A stretch of DNA of 64,000 bases from Nitrospira sp. (GTDB lineage Bacteria > Nitrospirota > Nitrospiria > Nitrospirales > Nitrospiraceae): NCBI GenBank assembly GCA_047150005.1, contig AP038806.1:1824001-1888000 (forward strand). The letters run 5' to 3'. The translations under genes and the position numbers were made by a program. The notes under the pieces are model-generated. The model did not search any database, was not told the origin of the DNA, and saw only the letters and a list, made by a program, of their open reading frames with translations. Shown one piece after another: positions 19,394 to 29,997 of the stretch. Numbering within the stretch: the first letter of the stretch is position 1; every line of letters begins with the position of its first letter.

Positions 19394-20785
19394 TTAAGCG
19401 AACGGCAGCAGGACGGTAAAGATCGAGCCCTTGCCGAGCTCACTCTGCACCTCGATGCGGCCGTGGTGCGATTCGGCGATCCAAGCGCAAATTGACAGGC
19501 CGAGGCCGGTGCCTTTCTTGGTGTGGGCACGGGCGTCATCGGTGCGATAGAACCGATCGAAAATGCGTTCGAGATCGGCGGGACCGATGCCGATGCCCTG
19601 GTCGGTGACGGTCACCTTGGCGAAGCCGGGAACCGTAGTCATTGTCACCTCGACCGTCCCTCCCCTTCGGGAATACTTCACCGCATTGTCCACCAGGTTC
19701 AGGAACAGTTCGCGCAGACGCAGCTCGTCGCCGCGTATGACGACGGGCGTGATCGGCCCAAGCACCACCTGAATGTCCCGCTCCTGCCCCAACAACGAGG
19801 CCTGTCGCGAGATGTCCTCAAGCAAGCCTTCGAGGTTGACCGGCAGGTGTTCCATCTTGACTTCGCCCATGTCGGCTCTGGAGAGGAACAGCAGTTCATC
19901 GACGATGCGGGTCATGCGATCGATCTCCTCCAAGTTGCTTTCCAATACGACGGTGTAGTCCGCCGCCTCGCGGGGCCGTCTCAAGGCGAGTTCTGTTTCT
20001 CCCTTCATGACGGTCAAGGGCGTTCGCAGTTCGTGGGATGCGTTGCTGCTGAATTGGCGGATCTGGCGAAAGGACGTTTCCAGTCGAGCGATCATGTTAT
20101 TGAAGGTGCCGGCCAGCCGACCGATCTCGTCGGCCGACGCGGGAACGTTCAGCCGTTGGGTGAGGTCTCCTGCGGCAATCCGCTGAGCGGCCAACGTGAT
20201 GGCGTCGACCGGACGAAGCGCCCGCCCGGCCAGGAACCAGCCGCCGGCCAGAGACACGGTCAGGGCGACAGGCGTGGTGACCAACAGCACGAGCAACAGG
20301 CGGTTGAGGGTCTGCTCGACCGATTCCATGGACGTTCCGACCTGGACGATGTAGAGCAGGTTGCCGCGATAGATGATCGGGACCGAGATCAGGCGCAGCG
20401 GGGGTTCCTTCGGATACTTGGCCGATTCAAAAATCGTCCGTCCCGAAAAAGCCACTTCCAAGGCCTCGCGACTCAAGGGCAACTCGTGTTGTTTCACGTT
20501 CGGCGAACGGATGGTGATGGTTCCGGAGGGGCTGAAGATCTGGAAGAATTTGTCGATGCGTGCCAGTTCGGGGAACTGCGACATCAACTCTTCTTCGTTG
20601 ATCAACGGAAGAAATCCGCGTTCCTCCAGCGACCGCACCGCGGCCGCCGCAGTTTCTTCCAACGATTGATCGACGGAGTCTCGAAGGTTGCGGGCGGTCA
20701 CCAGGTACAGGACGGTCGAGAAGATGATAAGCACAAGCGCCAAGGCGCTGCCATACCACAGCGTGAGGCGAAGGCGCAGCGGCAT
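19394..20785 (-). CDS. Sensor histidine kinase (CusS/heavy-metal-sensor-like, HAMP-HisKA-HATPase)
   Basis: 2 TM, HAMP, SHELRTPL, NLVDNAVKY, DQGIGI, GTGLGL. Confidence 0.93.
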   Translation of the reverse strand: MPLRLRLTLWYGSALALVLIIFSTVLYLVTARNLRDSVDQSLEETAAAAVRSLEERGFLPLINEEELMSQFPELARIDKFFQIFSPSGTITIRSPNVKQHELPLSREALEVAFSGRTIFESAKYPKEPPLRLISVPIIYRGNLLYIVQVGTSMESVEQTLNRLLLVLLVTTPVALTVSLAGGWFLAGRALRPVDAITLAAQRIAAGDLTQRLNVPASADEIGRLAGTFNNMIARLETSFRQIRQFSSNASHELRTPLTVMKGETELALRRPREAADYTVVLESNLEEIDRMTRIVDELLFLSRADMGEVKMEHLPVNLEGLLEDISRQASLLGQERDIQVVLGPITPVVIRGDELRLRELFLNLVDNAVKYSRRGGTVEVTMTTVPGFAKVTVTDQGIGIGPADLERIFDRFYRTDDARAHTKKGTGLGLSICAWIAESHHGRIEVQSELGKGSIFTVLLPFA

Positions 20786-20859
20786 CAACAGACTCCTAGG
20801 CTCAGATGGAGGTGGAGGCTCTCCCTGCCAAAGTGCCGGAAACCCCTGTGAGCATCCTG

Positions 20860-21531
20860 CTAGTCCGCCTTCAGCATGTACCCGCTGCCTCGGATGGTAT
20901 GGATGAGTTTTCTCGCACGTCCCCGGTCGATCTTGTTGCGCAAATAATTCACATAGACGTCGATGACGTTGGTGAAGGTATCGAAGTCTTGATTCCACAC
21001 GTGCTCGGAAATCATGGGACGGGTGAGGACCCGGCCGCTGTGCCGCATGAGATACTCGAGCAGCGCATATTCCTTCAAGGTCAAGTCAATGCGTTGTCCC
21101 CCTCTGGTGACTTCACGCGTCGCCGGGTTCAGGAGCAGGTCGTCGACCTGCAATACTCCGGGGCTATCCGTGGCGCCTCGCCGAAGCAGCGCGCGGATTC
21201 TCGCGAGCAGTTCATCGATGGCAAAGGGCTTGGTCAGGTAGTCGTCGGCTCCGGCATCGAGCCCTTGCACGCGTTGATCGACTTGGGATTGTGCGGTCAG
21301 AATGAGGATGGGCGTCTGGATCCGTTCGCGGCGGACGGCCCTCAGAATGTCCAGTCCGGACAGCGAGGGGAGCATCAGGTCGACAACGATGGTGTCATAG
21401 CTGGTCGCCAGCGCCATTTCGAGCCCCTTGGCGCCGTCCTCGCACAGATCGACCGCATAACTCTCCTCTTCGAGCGCGCGCTTGATAAAGCAGCCGACCT
21501 TGGTTTCGTCTTCGATCACTAAGATACGCAT
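20860..21531 (-). CDS. OmpR-family response regulator (CusR-like)
   Basis: MRILVIEDE, DLMLP, GADDYLTKPF, wHTH 'NVIDVYVNYLRNKID...TIRGSGY'. Confidence 0.95.
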   Translation of the reverse strand: MRILVIEDETKVGCFIKRALEEESYAVDLCEDGAKGLEMALATSYDTIVVDLMLPSLSGLDILRAVRRERIQTPILILTAQSQVDQRVQGLDAGADDYLTKPFAIDELLARIRALLRRGATDSPGVLQVDDLLLNPATREVTRGGQRIDLTLKEYALLEYLMRHSGRVLTRPMISEHVWNQDFDTFTNVIDVYVNYLRNKIDRGRARKLIHTIRGSGYMLKAD

Positions 21532-21686
21532 GCCTGGTGAGTGTGGATTATATCAAAACCCCCGGCCCCCGATCTCCAGGCGCGGAACGGTCGTTACAGA
21601 ACACTTGGAGAAGCAGGGGGCACCATGATAACCTCATTCCGTGCGTCTGAACCGCGACGAGTCTCTCGGAAGGGCGAATCACGTCC

Positions 21687-24569
21687 ATGTCTGAACCGGA
21701 ATTCTTGAAATCGACCGATACGTTTATCCGCCGGCATCTCGGCCCGACGGAAGCCGATATTCGGGAAATGCTCGCGCTGCTCGGCCATCAATCGCTCCGC
21801 ACCCTCGGTGAGTGCATCGTCCCGGGCGATATTCAACTCAATCGTGGGCTGGACTTGCCGTCGAATCGGGGCGAGCGGGCGACCCTTCAGGATCTGCAAG
21901 ATCTGGCGGTGGAAAACCGAGTGTACCGGTCGTTGATCGGGATGGGGTACTACGATTGCGTGACGCCCGGCGTCATCCAGCGAAATATTTTGGAGAATCC
22001 CGGGTGGTATACGCAATACACGCCGTATCAGGCCGAGATCGCACAGGGACGGCTGGAGGCGCTGGTCAATTTTCAGACCATGGTCGCCGATCTGACCGCT
22101 CTGCCGTTGGCCAATGCGTCTTTGCTGGACGAGGCGACGGCGGCAGCCGAAGCGATGTCGATGTGCATGGCCGTCGCGCGGAGCGCCGGGCAGGAGCGCA
22201 AGGGGTTCTTTGTCTCGCAGGACTGCCATCCTCAAACGATCGCCGTCTTGCAGACCAGGGCCGAACCGTCGGGAATCGCGCTTCACGTGGGACGGACCGG
22301 CGCCATCGAGTTCGCGAAGGAAACGTTCGCCGGCATTCTGCTGCAATATCCCGCCACCGACGGGTATGTCGGAGACTATAGCGACGTTGTGACTCGGGCG
22401 CATGAGGCGGGCATGTTGGTGGTGGTCGCCACGGATCTCCTGGCCCTCTCGTTGCTGCGGCCGCCCGGAGAATTCGGGGCGGACATTGCTGTGGGGTCCT
22501 GCCAACGATTCGGCGTGCCGCTCGGATTCGGCGGACCTCATGCGGCCTTTCTATCGACCAAGGAGGAATACAAACGGCAAATGCCGGGTCGTATCGTGGG
22601 AGTGTCCAAGGATCGAGCCGGACATGTGGCCTATCGGTTGGCGCTGCAGACACGGGAGCAACACATTCGGCGGGAGAAGGCGACCAGCAACATCTGCACC
22701 GCTCAGGTGCTCCTGGCCATCATGGCGGGCATATATGCGGTCTACCACGGTCCGGAGGGAGTGCGTCGCATCGCCGAACGCGTTCATGGTCTGGCGGTGA
22801 CGTTGGCCGCCGGGCTACGGCGATTGGATTTCGAGGTCGACACCGAGGTCTTCTTCGATACGCTCCGGGTACGAACGACGAAAGCGCAGGCAGATCAGGT
22901 GGTGTTTCGAGCCGATGAACAACGCATCAACTTGCGGCGGTACGACGATGACTCCCTCGGGATGTCGCTGGATGAAATGAGCACAGAGGACGAAGTCCGC
23001 CGCCTCATCGAGATTTTTGCGGGACATGAGCGGCTGCCGTTTACCGTCTCGGACCTGGCGGGACGTGTGGTGACGTCGTTTCCGCCCAACCTGGCTCGTA
23101 CGACCCCCTATCTGACCCATGAAGTATTCAACCGATACCATGCCGAACATGAGATGCTGCGCTATCTGCACCGGTTGCAATCTCGGGATCTGTCGCTGAC
23201 CCATTCCATGATCCCCCTGGGATCCTGCACGATGAAACTCAACGCTACGACGGAGATGCTGCCGGTGACGTGGCCTGAATTCTCCCGCATGCACCCGTTC
23301 GCCCCGACCGAGCAGTCGAAAGGATATCAGGAACTCTTCCGCCAATTGGAGGGGTGGCTGGCCGAAATCACGGGGTTCTCCGCGGTGTCGCTGCAGCCGA
23401 ACGCCGGTTCGCAAGGAGAATATGCCGGTCTGATGGTGATCAGAGCCTACCATCGAAGCCTGGGAGAATTTCATCGCGACGTGTGTCTGATCCCGGTCTC
23501 CGCGCACGGAACGAATCCAGCCAGCGCGGCCATGGTGGGTTTCACGGTGGTACCGGTCGCGTGCGACAAGCAGGGGAACGTCGATCTGACGGATCTGGAG
23601 GCGAAGGCGGTCCAGCATCGCGAGCGGTTGGCGGCGCTGATGCTGACGTATCCGTCCACCCACGGAGTGTTCGAGCCGGGGGTGCGTCGCATCTGCCAAA
23701 TCGTCCACACGCACGGCGGCCAGGTGTACATGGACGGGGCCAACATGAACGCGCAGGTGGGGCTCTGCCGGCCCGGCGACATCGGCGCAGACGTCTGCCA
23801 TCTCAATCTGCATAAGACCTTTTGCATCCCCCATGGCGGCGGCGGACCCGGCATGGGGCCCATCGGCGTGGCGCGGCATCTCACGCCGTTTTTGCCGGGG
23901 CACCCGGTCACGAAGTTGGGTGGTCCTCAATCGATGGGTCCCGTCTCTGCTGCTCCGTACGGGAGTCCCAGCATTTTGACGATCTCCTGGACCTATATCG
24001 CCTTGATGGGACGCGACGGTCTGACCAAAGCCACGCAGGTCGCGATGTTGAACGCCAACTACATGGCGAAGCGGCTGGAGAAGTATTATCCGATTCTCTA
24101 CACCGGCACTTCGGGATTGGTGGCACATGAGTTCATTCTGGACCTTCGCCAGTTCAAGGACAGCGCCGGGGTCGAGGCGATGGACGTGGCCAAGCGTTTG
24201 ATGGATTACGGGTTCCACGCGCCGACGGTGTCCTTTCCCGTGGCCGGTACCTTGATGATCGAGCCGACGGAGAGCGAATCGAAAGCCGAGCTCGATCGGT
24301 TTTGCGATGCGATGATCCTCATTCGCGCGGAGATTCAAGACATCATCGATGGTCGCCAGCCCCGTGCGGACAACCTCCTCAAGAATGCCCCGCACACGGC
24401 GTCGGTAGTCACGGCATCCACATGGGATCGTCCCTACAGCCGAGAGCAGGCGGCCTATCCCGCTCCGTGGGTTCGGGACCGGAAGTTCTGGCCGTACGTG
24501 GGCCGGATCGACGAGGCCTACGGGGACCGCCATCTCATCTGTACCTGCCCTCCGATGGATCAATACTGA
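21687..24569 (+). CDS. gcvP: Glycine dehydrogenase (glycine cleavage P protein, single chain)
   Basis: [44 protein letters not shown]. Confidence 0.98.
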   Translation: MSEPEFLKSTDTFIRRHLGPTEADIREMLALLGHQSLRTLGECIVPGDIQLNRGLDLPSNRGERATLQDLQDLAVENRVYRSLIGMGYYDCVTPGVIQRNILENPGWYTQYTPYQAEIAQGRLEALVNFQTMVADLTALPLANASLLDEATAAAEAMSMCMAVARSAGQERKGFFVSQDCHPQTIAVLQTRAEPSGIALHVGRTGAIEFAKETFAGILLQYPATDGYVGDYSDVVTRAHEAGMLVVVATDLLALSLLRPPGEFGADIAVGSCQRFGVPLGFGGPHAAFLSTKEEYKRQMPGRIVGVSKDRAGHVAYRLALQTREQHIRREKATSNICTAQVLLAIMAGIYAVYHGPEGVRRIAERVHGLAVTLAAGLRRLDFEVDTEVFFDTLRVRTTKAQADQVVFRADEQRINLRRYDDDSLGMSLDEMSTEDEVRRLIEIFAGHERLPFTVSDLAGRVVTSFPPNLARTTPYLTHEVFNRYHAEHEMLRYLHRLQSRDLSLTHSMIPLGSCTMKLNATTEMLPVTWPEFSRMHPFAPTEQSKGYQELFRQLEGWLAEITGFSAVSLQPNAGSQGEYAGLMVIRAYHRSLGEFHRDVCLIPVSAHGTNPASAAMVGFTVVPVACDKQGNVDLTDLEAKAVQHRERLAALMLTYPSTHGVFEPGVRRICQIVHTHGGQVYMDGANMNAQVGLCRPGDIGADVCHLNLHKTFCIPHGGGGPGMGPIGVARHLTPFLPGHPVTKLGGPQSMGPVSAAPYGSPSILTISWTYIALMGRDGLTKATQVAMLNANYMAKRLEKYYPILYTGTSGLVAHEFILDLRQFKDSAGVEAMDVAKRLMDYGFHAPTVSFPVAGTLMIEPTESESKAELDRFCDAMILIRAEIQDIIDGRQPRADNLLKNAPHTASVVTASTWDRPYSREQAAYPAPWVRDRKFWPYVGRIDEAYGDRHLICTCPPMDQY

Positions 24570-24702
24570 AGGCGGCAGTAGTCCACTCGTTGCTCCTCTC
24601 CACTTCACTGCGAAGCCCGTAGCGAGCGCCGGCTCTTGCTCGGTCTCCGGTCGTTGCAGTAGGGTGTGTCATGCAGGATCTTCTTCCGCACGGGAGGCTC
24701 TC

Positions 24703-26022
24703 ATGGCCATGATCGATCGTCGACGCTTCCTGATCCGAACCGGCCTGGCCCTCGGCTCCGCCGTCTTGGCTCGCCACGCCGCCCTTGCCGAAGCGGAAAC
24801 GGTGCAGCCGTCCGTCTCCGTCGGGTCGGACTGGCAGGGCGTGCGGGCACATTTCCCGCTTGCTCCCGGACTCATCCATCTTGCGGGATTTTTCCTCTCC
24901 TCCCATCCGTTGCCGGTGAGGCAGGCGATCGAACGCCATCGTCGAGGACTCGATGCCGATCCAATCGGGTATTGGTTTGAACACGAGGCGAAACAGGACG
25001 CGGCGGTGCTTCAGGCGGCGGCCGGATACCTGGGCGTAGACCCGACCGAAATTGCGCTGACTGACAGTACGACGATGGGACTGGGTCTGCTGTACGGCGG
25101 GCTCAAGCTTGGCGAAGGGGATGAGATTTTAACGACCACGCACGACCATTATTCAACCGAAACCTCTTTAAACCAGCGGGCGGCTCGTACCGGAGCCAGC
25201 GTGCGCCGGATTCCGCTCTACCAGGATCTGCGGGCCGTCTCGCGAGACAGTCTGGTCGAGGCGCTTGTCCGGCATGTCCGGCCCCGCACCAGAATCGTGG
25301 CGGTCACGTGGGTGCATTCCAGCACGGGGCTCAAGCTGCCGATTGCGGAGATGGCCAGGGCGTTGGGAGCATTGAATGCCTCGCGCAGCGAAGAAAATCG
25401 GATCATCTTCTGTGTCGACGGCGTGCATGCGCTAGGCGTTGAAGATTTTCGACTCCGCGAGGTGGGATGCGACTTTTTGGTCGCCGGAACGCACAAGTGG
25501 ATGTTCGGGCCGCGAGGGACGGGGCTCGTATGGGGGCGGCAAGGCGCCTGGCCTATCGCCCAGGCCATCATTCCCACGTTCAACACGGAAGCGTACGACA
25601 TGTGGATGAATGTGATCCCGCAGAGAGCGTTGCCGCAATCCGTCTACATGACGCCGGGCGGCTTTCATTCGTTTGAGCACCGGTGGGCGCTGGACGAAGC
25701 CTTCAAGTTTCATCAGGCGCTCGGGAAGTCACGCGTGACGCAGCGGATCTACGAGCTGAACCAACAAGTGAAGCAAGGGCTTTCGACGATGTCGCACGTC
25801 ACGCTTCATACGCCCTTGTCGCAGGATTTGTCGGCTGGGATCGTCTGTTTTGAGGTGGCAGGCCTGTCGCCTCAGCAGGCGGTGAAGAGGCTGCGCGAAA
25901 AGGGAATCATTGGCAGTGTGACGCCCTATGCCACGCAGTACGTACGGCTGGCTCCGGGGCTTCTGAATCATCCGGATGAAATCGACGCGGTGCTCAAAGA
26001 AATACGTCAGCTTCGCGGGTAG
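24703..26022 (+). CDS. Tat-exported class V PLP-dependent enzyme, PvdN-like
   Basis: DRRRFL twin-arginine leader; VDGVH and GTHKWMFGPRGTG PLP motifs; GGGAGG RBS. Confidence 0.8.
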   Translation: MAMIDRRRFLIRTGLALGSAVLARHAALAEAETVQPSVSVGSDWQGVRAHFPLAPGLIHLAGFFLSSHPLPVRQAIERHRRGLDADPIGYWFEHEAKQDAAVLQAAAGYLGVDPTEIALTDSTTMGLGLLYGGLKLGEGDEILTTTHDHYSTETSLNQRAARTGASVRRIPLYQDLRAVSRDSLVEALVRHVRPRTRIVAVTWVHSSTGLKLPIAEMARALGALNASRSEENRIIFCVDGVHALGVEDFRLREVGCDFLVAGTHKWMFGPRGTGLVWGRQGAWPIAQAIIPTFNTEAYDMWMNVIPQRALPQSVYMTPGGFHSFEHRWALDEAFKFHQALGKSRVTQRIYELNQQVKQGLSTMSHVTLHTPLSQDLSAGIVCFEVAGLSPQQAVKRLREKGIIGSVTPYATQYVRLAPGLLNHPDEIDAVLKEIRQLRG

Positions 26023-26150
26023 CGGGATAAGCCTTTGAACACCTGCGGCTTGCGTCACGCAGGTAGCTCCCCTCCTTTGGGGCATTGTGGATTGGCCCGC
26101 ATTTCGGCGATAAGAAATTACACCGAACGCCGGAAGCGAGGCCTTCAATC

Positions 26151-26375
26151 ATGTCCCAAATCCTCAACCTCAGCGAGCATACCAGCGACGACGAACTGCA
26201 GCGATTGACGACCCTGCTGCTCTTCCATCTTGTCGAATTGTGCGGAGGACAAGTGCAATTCAAGATGGAAGACGCGTTGCGGGTGAAGAGTAGTTTGACG
26301 ACCAAGATGGTGCAGATGCAGGTGGGGGATGAGGTGAGGCTGCGCATCATCGACCGCCTGCCAGAACTGCAGTAA
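26151..26375 (+). CDS. Hypothetical small protein (74 aa)
   Basis: Compact ORF with protein-like composition in an otherwise empty gap. Confidence 0.55.
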   Translation: MSQILNLSEHTSDDELQRLTTLLLFHLVELCGGQVQFKMEDALRVKSSLTTKMVQMQVGDEVRLRIIDRLPELQ

Positions 26376-26403
26376 CAAGTTTCTCAGATCCTAAGCGATA
26401 CTG

Positions 26404-26556
26404 CGCGGGTCCTGTCTCGGCGAACAGCCCCACCGTGCTCACTCCACCCATCCCCCAGTGGGGCCCTTCCGTTCCGCGCGCCTGGCGAACGACCGAGTCT
26501 CGGCGCGGCGAGGGTCGGGCGGGTGAGAAGTTGCCCCGTTCGCCGAGCCACCCGAG
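26404..26556. repeat. Long imperfect palindrome (REP/MITE-like)
   Basis: CTCGGCGAAC(26416-25)/GTTCGCCGAG(26538-47), CTCAC..CCC/GGGCGGGTGAG, CGGGT/ACCCG arms. Confidence 0.5.
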
Positions 26557-26854
26557 CTTCCAGCAGCCTCGTCAGCTTCTGACTTCTTTCAGCGTGGACC
26601 CTGGATGGGTTCCGGTTCCTCCGGCAAAGTCGGCATGGAAGCAGCCCGGCCGTCCGCTAACCACGCTGCTGGATGCCGTTTGAGCATTACAGTAAACTTG
26701 TGCGCCTGTGAATTGAACTGGCCATTCTTCAACGAAACAGGAAAGGATGTAATTCAGGACTGGATCAGCTCTTTTATTCTTGGGCGAAGCCCGAGGGGCG
26801 CAATGCTCGACCAAAGAAGTTTCAATTGGTTTGACATCACGGTATACTTTGCTT

Positions 26855-27073
26855 ATGTCGATCAACCTACCTCTCAATGATATGACCCTCCAAGAGAAGC
26901 TTGCGATTATGGAGTCGATCTGGGAAGATCTAGCCCGCACTCCCGAAGTCATTGAGTCCCCTGCCTGGCACAAGGATGTCCTCGATGAACGCCGCCGGCA
27001 GTTTGTCGATGGCACATCTCGATTTACCGACTGGGAAACAGCCAAAGCGGACATTCGCAAGAAGCTGTCGTGA
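26855..27073 (+). CDS. Putative addiction-module antitoxin (TIGR02574-like)
   Basis: 'MTLQEKLAIMESIWEDL...PAWHKDVLDERR...DWETAK' pattern; GTGA overlap with toxin. Confidence 0.85.
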   Translation: MSINLPLNDMTLQEKLAIMESIWEDLARTPEVIESPAWHKDVLDERRRQFVDGTSRFTDWETAKADIRKKLS

Positions 27074-27369
27074 AAATAGAGATCCTGGATGAAGCCCAGG
27101 AGGATCTGATTCACGGCTTCAAGTTCTACGAAAGCCGGGAACCAGGGCTTGGATCGTATTTCATAGACTGCCTCTTCTCGGATATCGAGTCTCTTCTCAT
27201 CTACGCAGGGGTTCATCAGATCGTATTTGCGTATCATCGATGCCTCTCCAAGCGGTTTCCGTTTGCCATCTACTACAGTGTCGAAGAGCAACTGGTGCGT
27301 ATACACGCCGTGCTCGATTGCCGCAAGAATCCATCGTGGGTCAGGACGCGATTGAAAGAAGGGAACTGA
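27070..27369 (+). CDS. RelE/ParE-family toxin
   Basis: 'EAQEDL...FYESREPGLG...RFPFAIYY...IHAVLDCRKNP'. Confidence 0.85.
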   Translation: MKIEILDEAQEDLIHGFKFYESREPGLGSYFIDCLFSDIESLLIYAGVHQIVFAYHRCLSKRFPFAIYYSVEEQLVRIHAVLDCRKNPSWVRTRLKEGN

Positions 27370-27609
27370 TCGGCGCGGCGCATTCCTGCTCCGGTGCGTT
27401 CTCAGGTGCTCGCGGGGATAGCCTGCTGGCTGATAGCCGGATGGGCTACACGATTCGCAGTCTATCCTGACCGGCTGAGCGGGATGAAATATTGAACAAG
27501 TGTTGGATGTTCAAGTAGAGTTGCCTCTTCTCGGACTACTTGGGCAGCGGTGCTCTGCTGCGCGGGTGGCCTGCACCGGGCTTAGTGGTTGGGCCGACTA
27601 AAGGAAGAT

Positions 27610-28491
27610 ATGCCTCCGAAGAAGACCACGAAGGTCGCCTCGCAATTCGCACGCTACCTTGAACCCGTCATTGCCGCAGTCCGGGAACTGGGTGGATCAG
27701 GACGGCCGGACGAGGTACGGGCTGTCATCGCTCGTCGCCTGAAGATCTCAGAGGCAGAGCAGTCAGAACCACTGCCATCCGGGGTTCAAACTCGATTCGA
27801 AAACCAAGTACACTGGGCAAGGTTCTATCTTGCCAAGGCCGGGTATATCGATTCATCGCAACGCGGTGTTTGGACTCTTACCGAGAAAGGCAGACAGCTC
27901 GGTGAGGTAAGTGATGCGGATGTTGCGTCGATCGTTCGCGAGGTAAACGTACAGACGAAGGATGCAGTCATCGATGACGTTGATGCAGCGCCCAGTCCAA
28001 CGGGAGCCGTACCGGCTACTGGAAACTACCGCGAGGAACTGGCTCAAACACTCCAAAATCTCCCGGCCTCTGGGTTTGAGCGATTCTGTCAGCGCCTCCT
28101 GAGGGAATCCGGCTTTCAGGAAGTGACCATCACTGGACGTTCTGGCGATGGGGGTATCGATGGCATTGGAATCCTCCAAGTTAACCCACTCGTGAGCTTC
28201 AAGGTCTTGTTCCAGTGCAAGAAGTACACTGGCTCAGTGTCCCCAAGCCAGGTTCGAGACTTTCGCGGCGCTATGACGGGGCGCGCCGACAAGGGCATCA
28301 TCATCACTACGGGTTCGTTTACCTCAGAAGCACGCAAGGAGGCTGTTCGAGACGGCGCTCCTCCAATCGAACTGGTTGATGGCGAAAAACTGGCGGGAAT
28401 GCTCGAAGAACTCCAGCTCGGCCTGAGGCCGAAGCAGACGTACGAACTTGATGCATCGTTCTTCAGCCAGTTCGCAAAGGAAGTGGTCTAA
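27610..28491 (+). CDS. mrr: Mrr-family type IV restriction endonuclease
   Basis: Mrr_N wHTH ('RFENQVHWARFYLAKAG...RGVWTLTEKG') plus catalytic GDGGIDG...QCKKY, IELVDG. Confidence 0.9.
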   Translation: MPPKKTTKVASQFARYLEPVIAAVRELGGSGRPDEVRAVIARRLKISEAEQSEPLPSGVQTRFENQVHWARFYLAKAGYIDSSQRGVWTLTEKGRQLGEVSDADVASIVREVNVQTKDAVIDDVDAAPSPTGAVPATGNYREELAQTLQNLPASGFERFCQRLLRESGFQEVTITGRSGDGGIDGIGILQVNPLVSFKVLFQCKKYTGSVSPSQVRDFRGAMTGRADKGIIITTGSFTSEARKEAVRDGAPPIELVDGEKLAGMLEELQLGLRPKQTYELDASFFSQFAKEVV

Positions 28492-28558
28492 CCTCGATTG
28501 CAGCTGACTGTGGCGGGCGCGACAATAGTCTCGGCGGAGCTGAAGCGGGTCGTTCGAT
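28486..28558 (+). mobile_element. attC-like integron cassette recombination site
   Basis: R'' GTCTAAC overlapping mrr stop, L'' TTGCAGC / L' GCTGAAG, R' GTTCGAT; 73 bp. Confidence 0.6.
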
Positions 28559-28565
28559 CTGTAGG

Positions 28566-28592
28566 CCGCTCCATAAGTGGGATATGGAGCGG
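28566..28592. terminator. Stem-loop downstream of mrr
   Basis: CCGCTCCATA-7nt-TATGGAGCGG perfect 10-bp stem. Confidence 0.45.
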
Positions 28593-28742
28593 AATTTGAG
28601 ATACCCGACTGCGTAGACTTTCCCGAACCGAGTGATCGCATGCCTGGGAGCTGTAAGGCGCTCTCAATATCGAAGGTGCTGCAGAGATCCACTCGTTACC
28701 TGCCTGGAAATCGTCACAGATAAAGGACGTTATATAGGCCCC

Positions 28743-29153
28743 ATGTTACACATTTCATCACACGTCATCCTCCCCGACTCCGAGATCGAAATCCATGCGA
28801 TTCGGTCGCAAGGAGCGGGAGGGCAGCATGTCAACAAGGTGTCGTCGGCCATACATCTGAGGTTCGACGTTGCCGCGTCGTCGCTGCCGCCGTTCTATAA
28901 AGCAGAACTGCGGAAATTGCGGGATGGCCGAATTTCAGACGAGGGCGTGATCACGATCAAAGCTCAGCAGTTTCGGAGTCAGGAGCAGAATCGCGAAGAA
29001 GCGTTGAACCGCTTGCGCGCGCTCATTCAAAGCGTGGCGATCCCGCGCAAGAAACGCAGACCTACCAAGCCTACCAAGAGTTCGCAGAATAGAAGACTGG
29101 AGAGTAAGAAGAAGGCTGGACGATTGAAAGCTCTTAGACGAGCGCTAGAATAA
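28743..29153 (+). CDS. arfB: Alternative ribosome rescue peptidyl-tRNA hydrolase
   Basis: RSQGAGGQHVNKVSS, RSQEQNREEA, basic C-tail RRPTKPT. Confidence 0.95.
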   Translation: MLHISSHVILPDSEIEIHAIRSQGAGGQHVNKVSSAIHLRFDVAASSLPPFYKAELRKLRDGRISDEGVITIKAQQFRSQEQNREEALNRLRALIQSVAIPRKKRRPTKPTKSSQNRRLESKKKAGRLKALRRALE

Positions 29154-29184
29154 CCTCCTTCTCCTCGCTTACCAGCGCACGGCC

Positions 29185-29964
29185 TTACTCCATGGAAACG
29201 AGCGAGCCCAGGATGTGATAGCCGCCGTCCACGTAGATCACCTCTCCAGTAATTCCCCGGCCCAATGAGCTGATGAGGAAGAGCGCCGTATCGCCCACTT
29301 CCCCCTGCTCGGTTGCGTGACGGAGCGGAGCAAACTCCTTGTGGTGATCGACCATTTTGCTGATGCCGGAGACGCCACGGGCGGCAAGGGTTTTGATCGG
29401 GCCGGCGGAGATGGCATTGACCCGAATGTTTTTGGGACCCAGGTCGTGCGCGAGGTAGCGAACCGTCGATTCCAGCGCGGCCTTGGCGACGCCCATCACG
29501 TTGTAATGCTGAACCACCCGTTCGGCGCCGAGATAGGTGAGGGTGACGATCGAGCCGCCGTTGGTCATCAGCGGCAAAGCCGCTCTCGTCACGGCCACGA
29601 GGGAGTAGGCGCTGACATCCAGAGCGGTGGCGAATCCCTGTCGCGTCGTGTTGACGAAGGCACCGGTCAGTTCTTCCCGGGGAGCGAAGGCGACGGAGTG
29701 GACAAGAAAGTCGAGCGTGCCGACTTCTTTTTGCACCTCCTGCATGAGAGCGGAGATCTGCGCATCGTCGCCGACGTCACAGGGAAAGGCTTTGGCGCCG
29801 GGCATGGTGGCGACCAATTCCGCGACGTTTTCTTTGAGACGCTCATTTTGATAGTTGAACATGAGCCGCGCTCCCTGGCCTGCGGCTGACTGGGCGATCG
29901 CCCAGGCGATACTGTGTTTGTTGGCGACGCCGACGACCAATCCTTTTTTCCCCTCTAATAGCAT
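29185..29964 (-). CDS. fabI: Enoyl-ACP reductase
   Basis: GVANKHSIAWAIA, YNVMGVAKAALE, ISAGPIKTLAA. Confidence 0.96.
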   Translation of the reverse strand: MLLEGKKGLVVGVANKHSIAWAIAQSAAGQGARLMFNYQNERLKENVAELVATMPGAKAFPCDVGDDAQISALMQEVQKEVGTLDFLVHSVAFAPREELTGAFVNTTRQGFATALDVSAYSLVAVTRAALPLMTNGGSIVTLTYLGAERVVQHYNVMGVAKAALESTVRYLAHDLGPKNIRVNAISAGPIKTLAARGVSGISKMVDHHKEFAPLRHATEQGEVGDTALFLISSLGRGITGEVIYVDGGYHILGSLVSME

Positions 29965-29997
29965 GAGATCTAGTCTCCTGGCTCAGTGCCTAAACAG

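Noticed and set aside
21540..21686. Glycine riboswitch upstream of gcvP
   Set aside because: GGAGA is present but the GCCGAAG and CTCTCAGG core elements and tandem aptamers are not evident
22815..24608. Long antisense/overlapping ORFs (e.g. 597 aa opposite gcvP, 3861-5246, 18047-19333, 19523-20851, 54155-55453)
   Set aside because: Shadow ORFs expected from high-GC codon bias opposite well-supported genes; no motifs
26605..26880. ORF upstream of the antitoxin
   Set aside because: No RBS or recognisable domain; at most a decayed gene fragment
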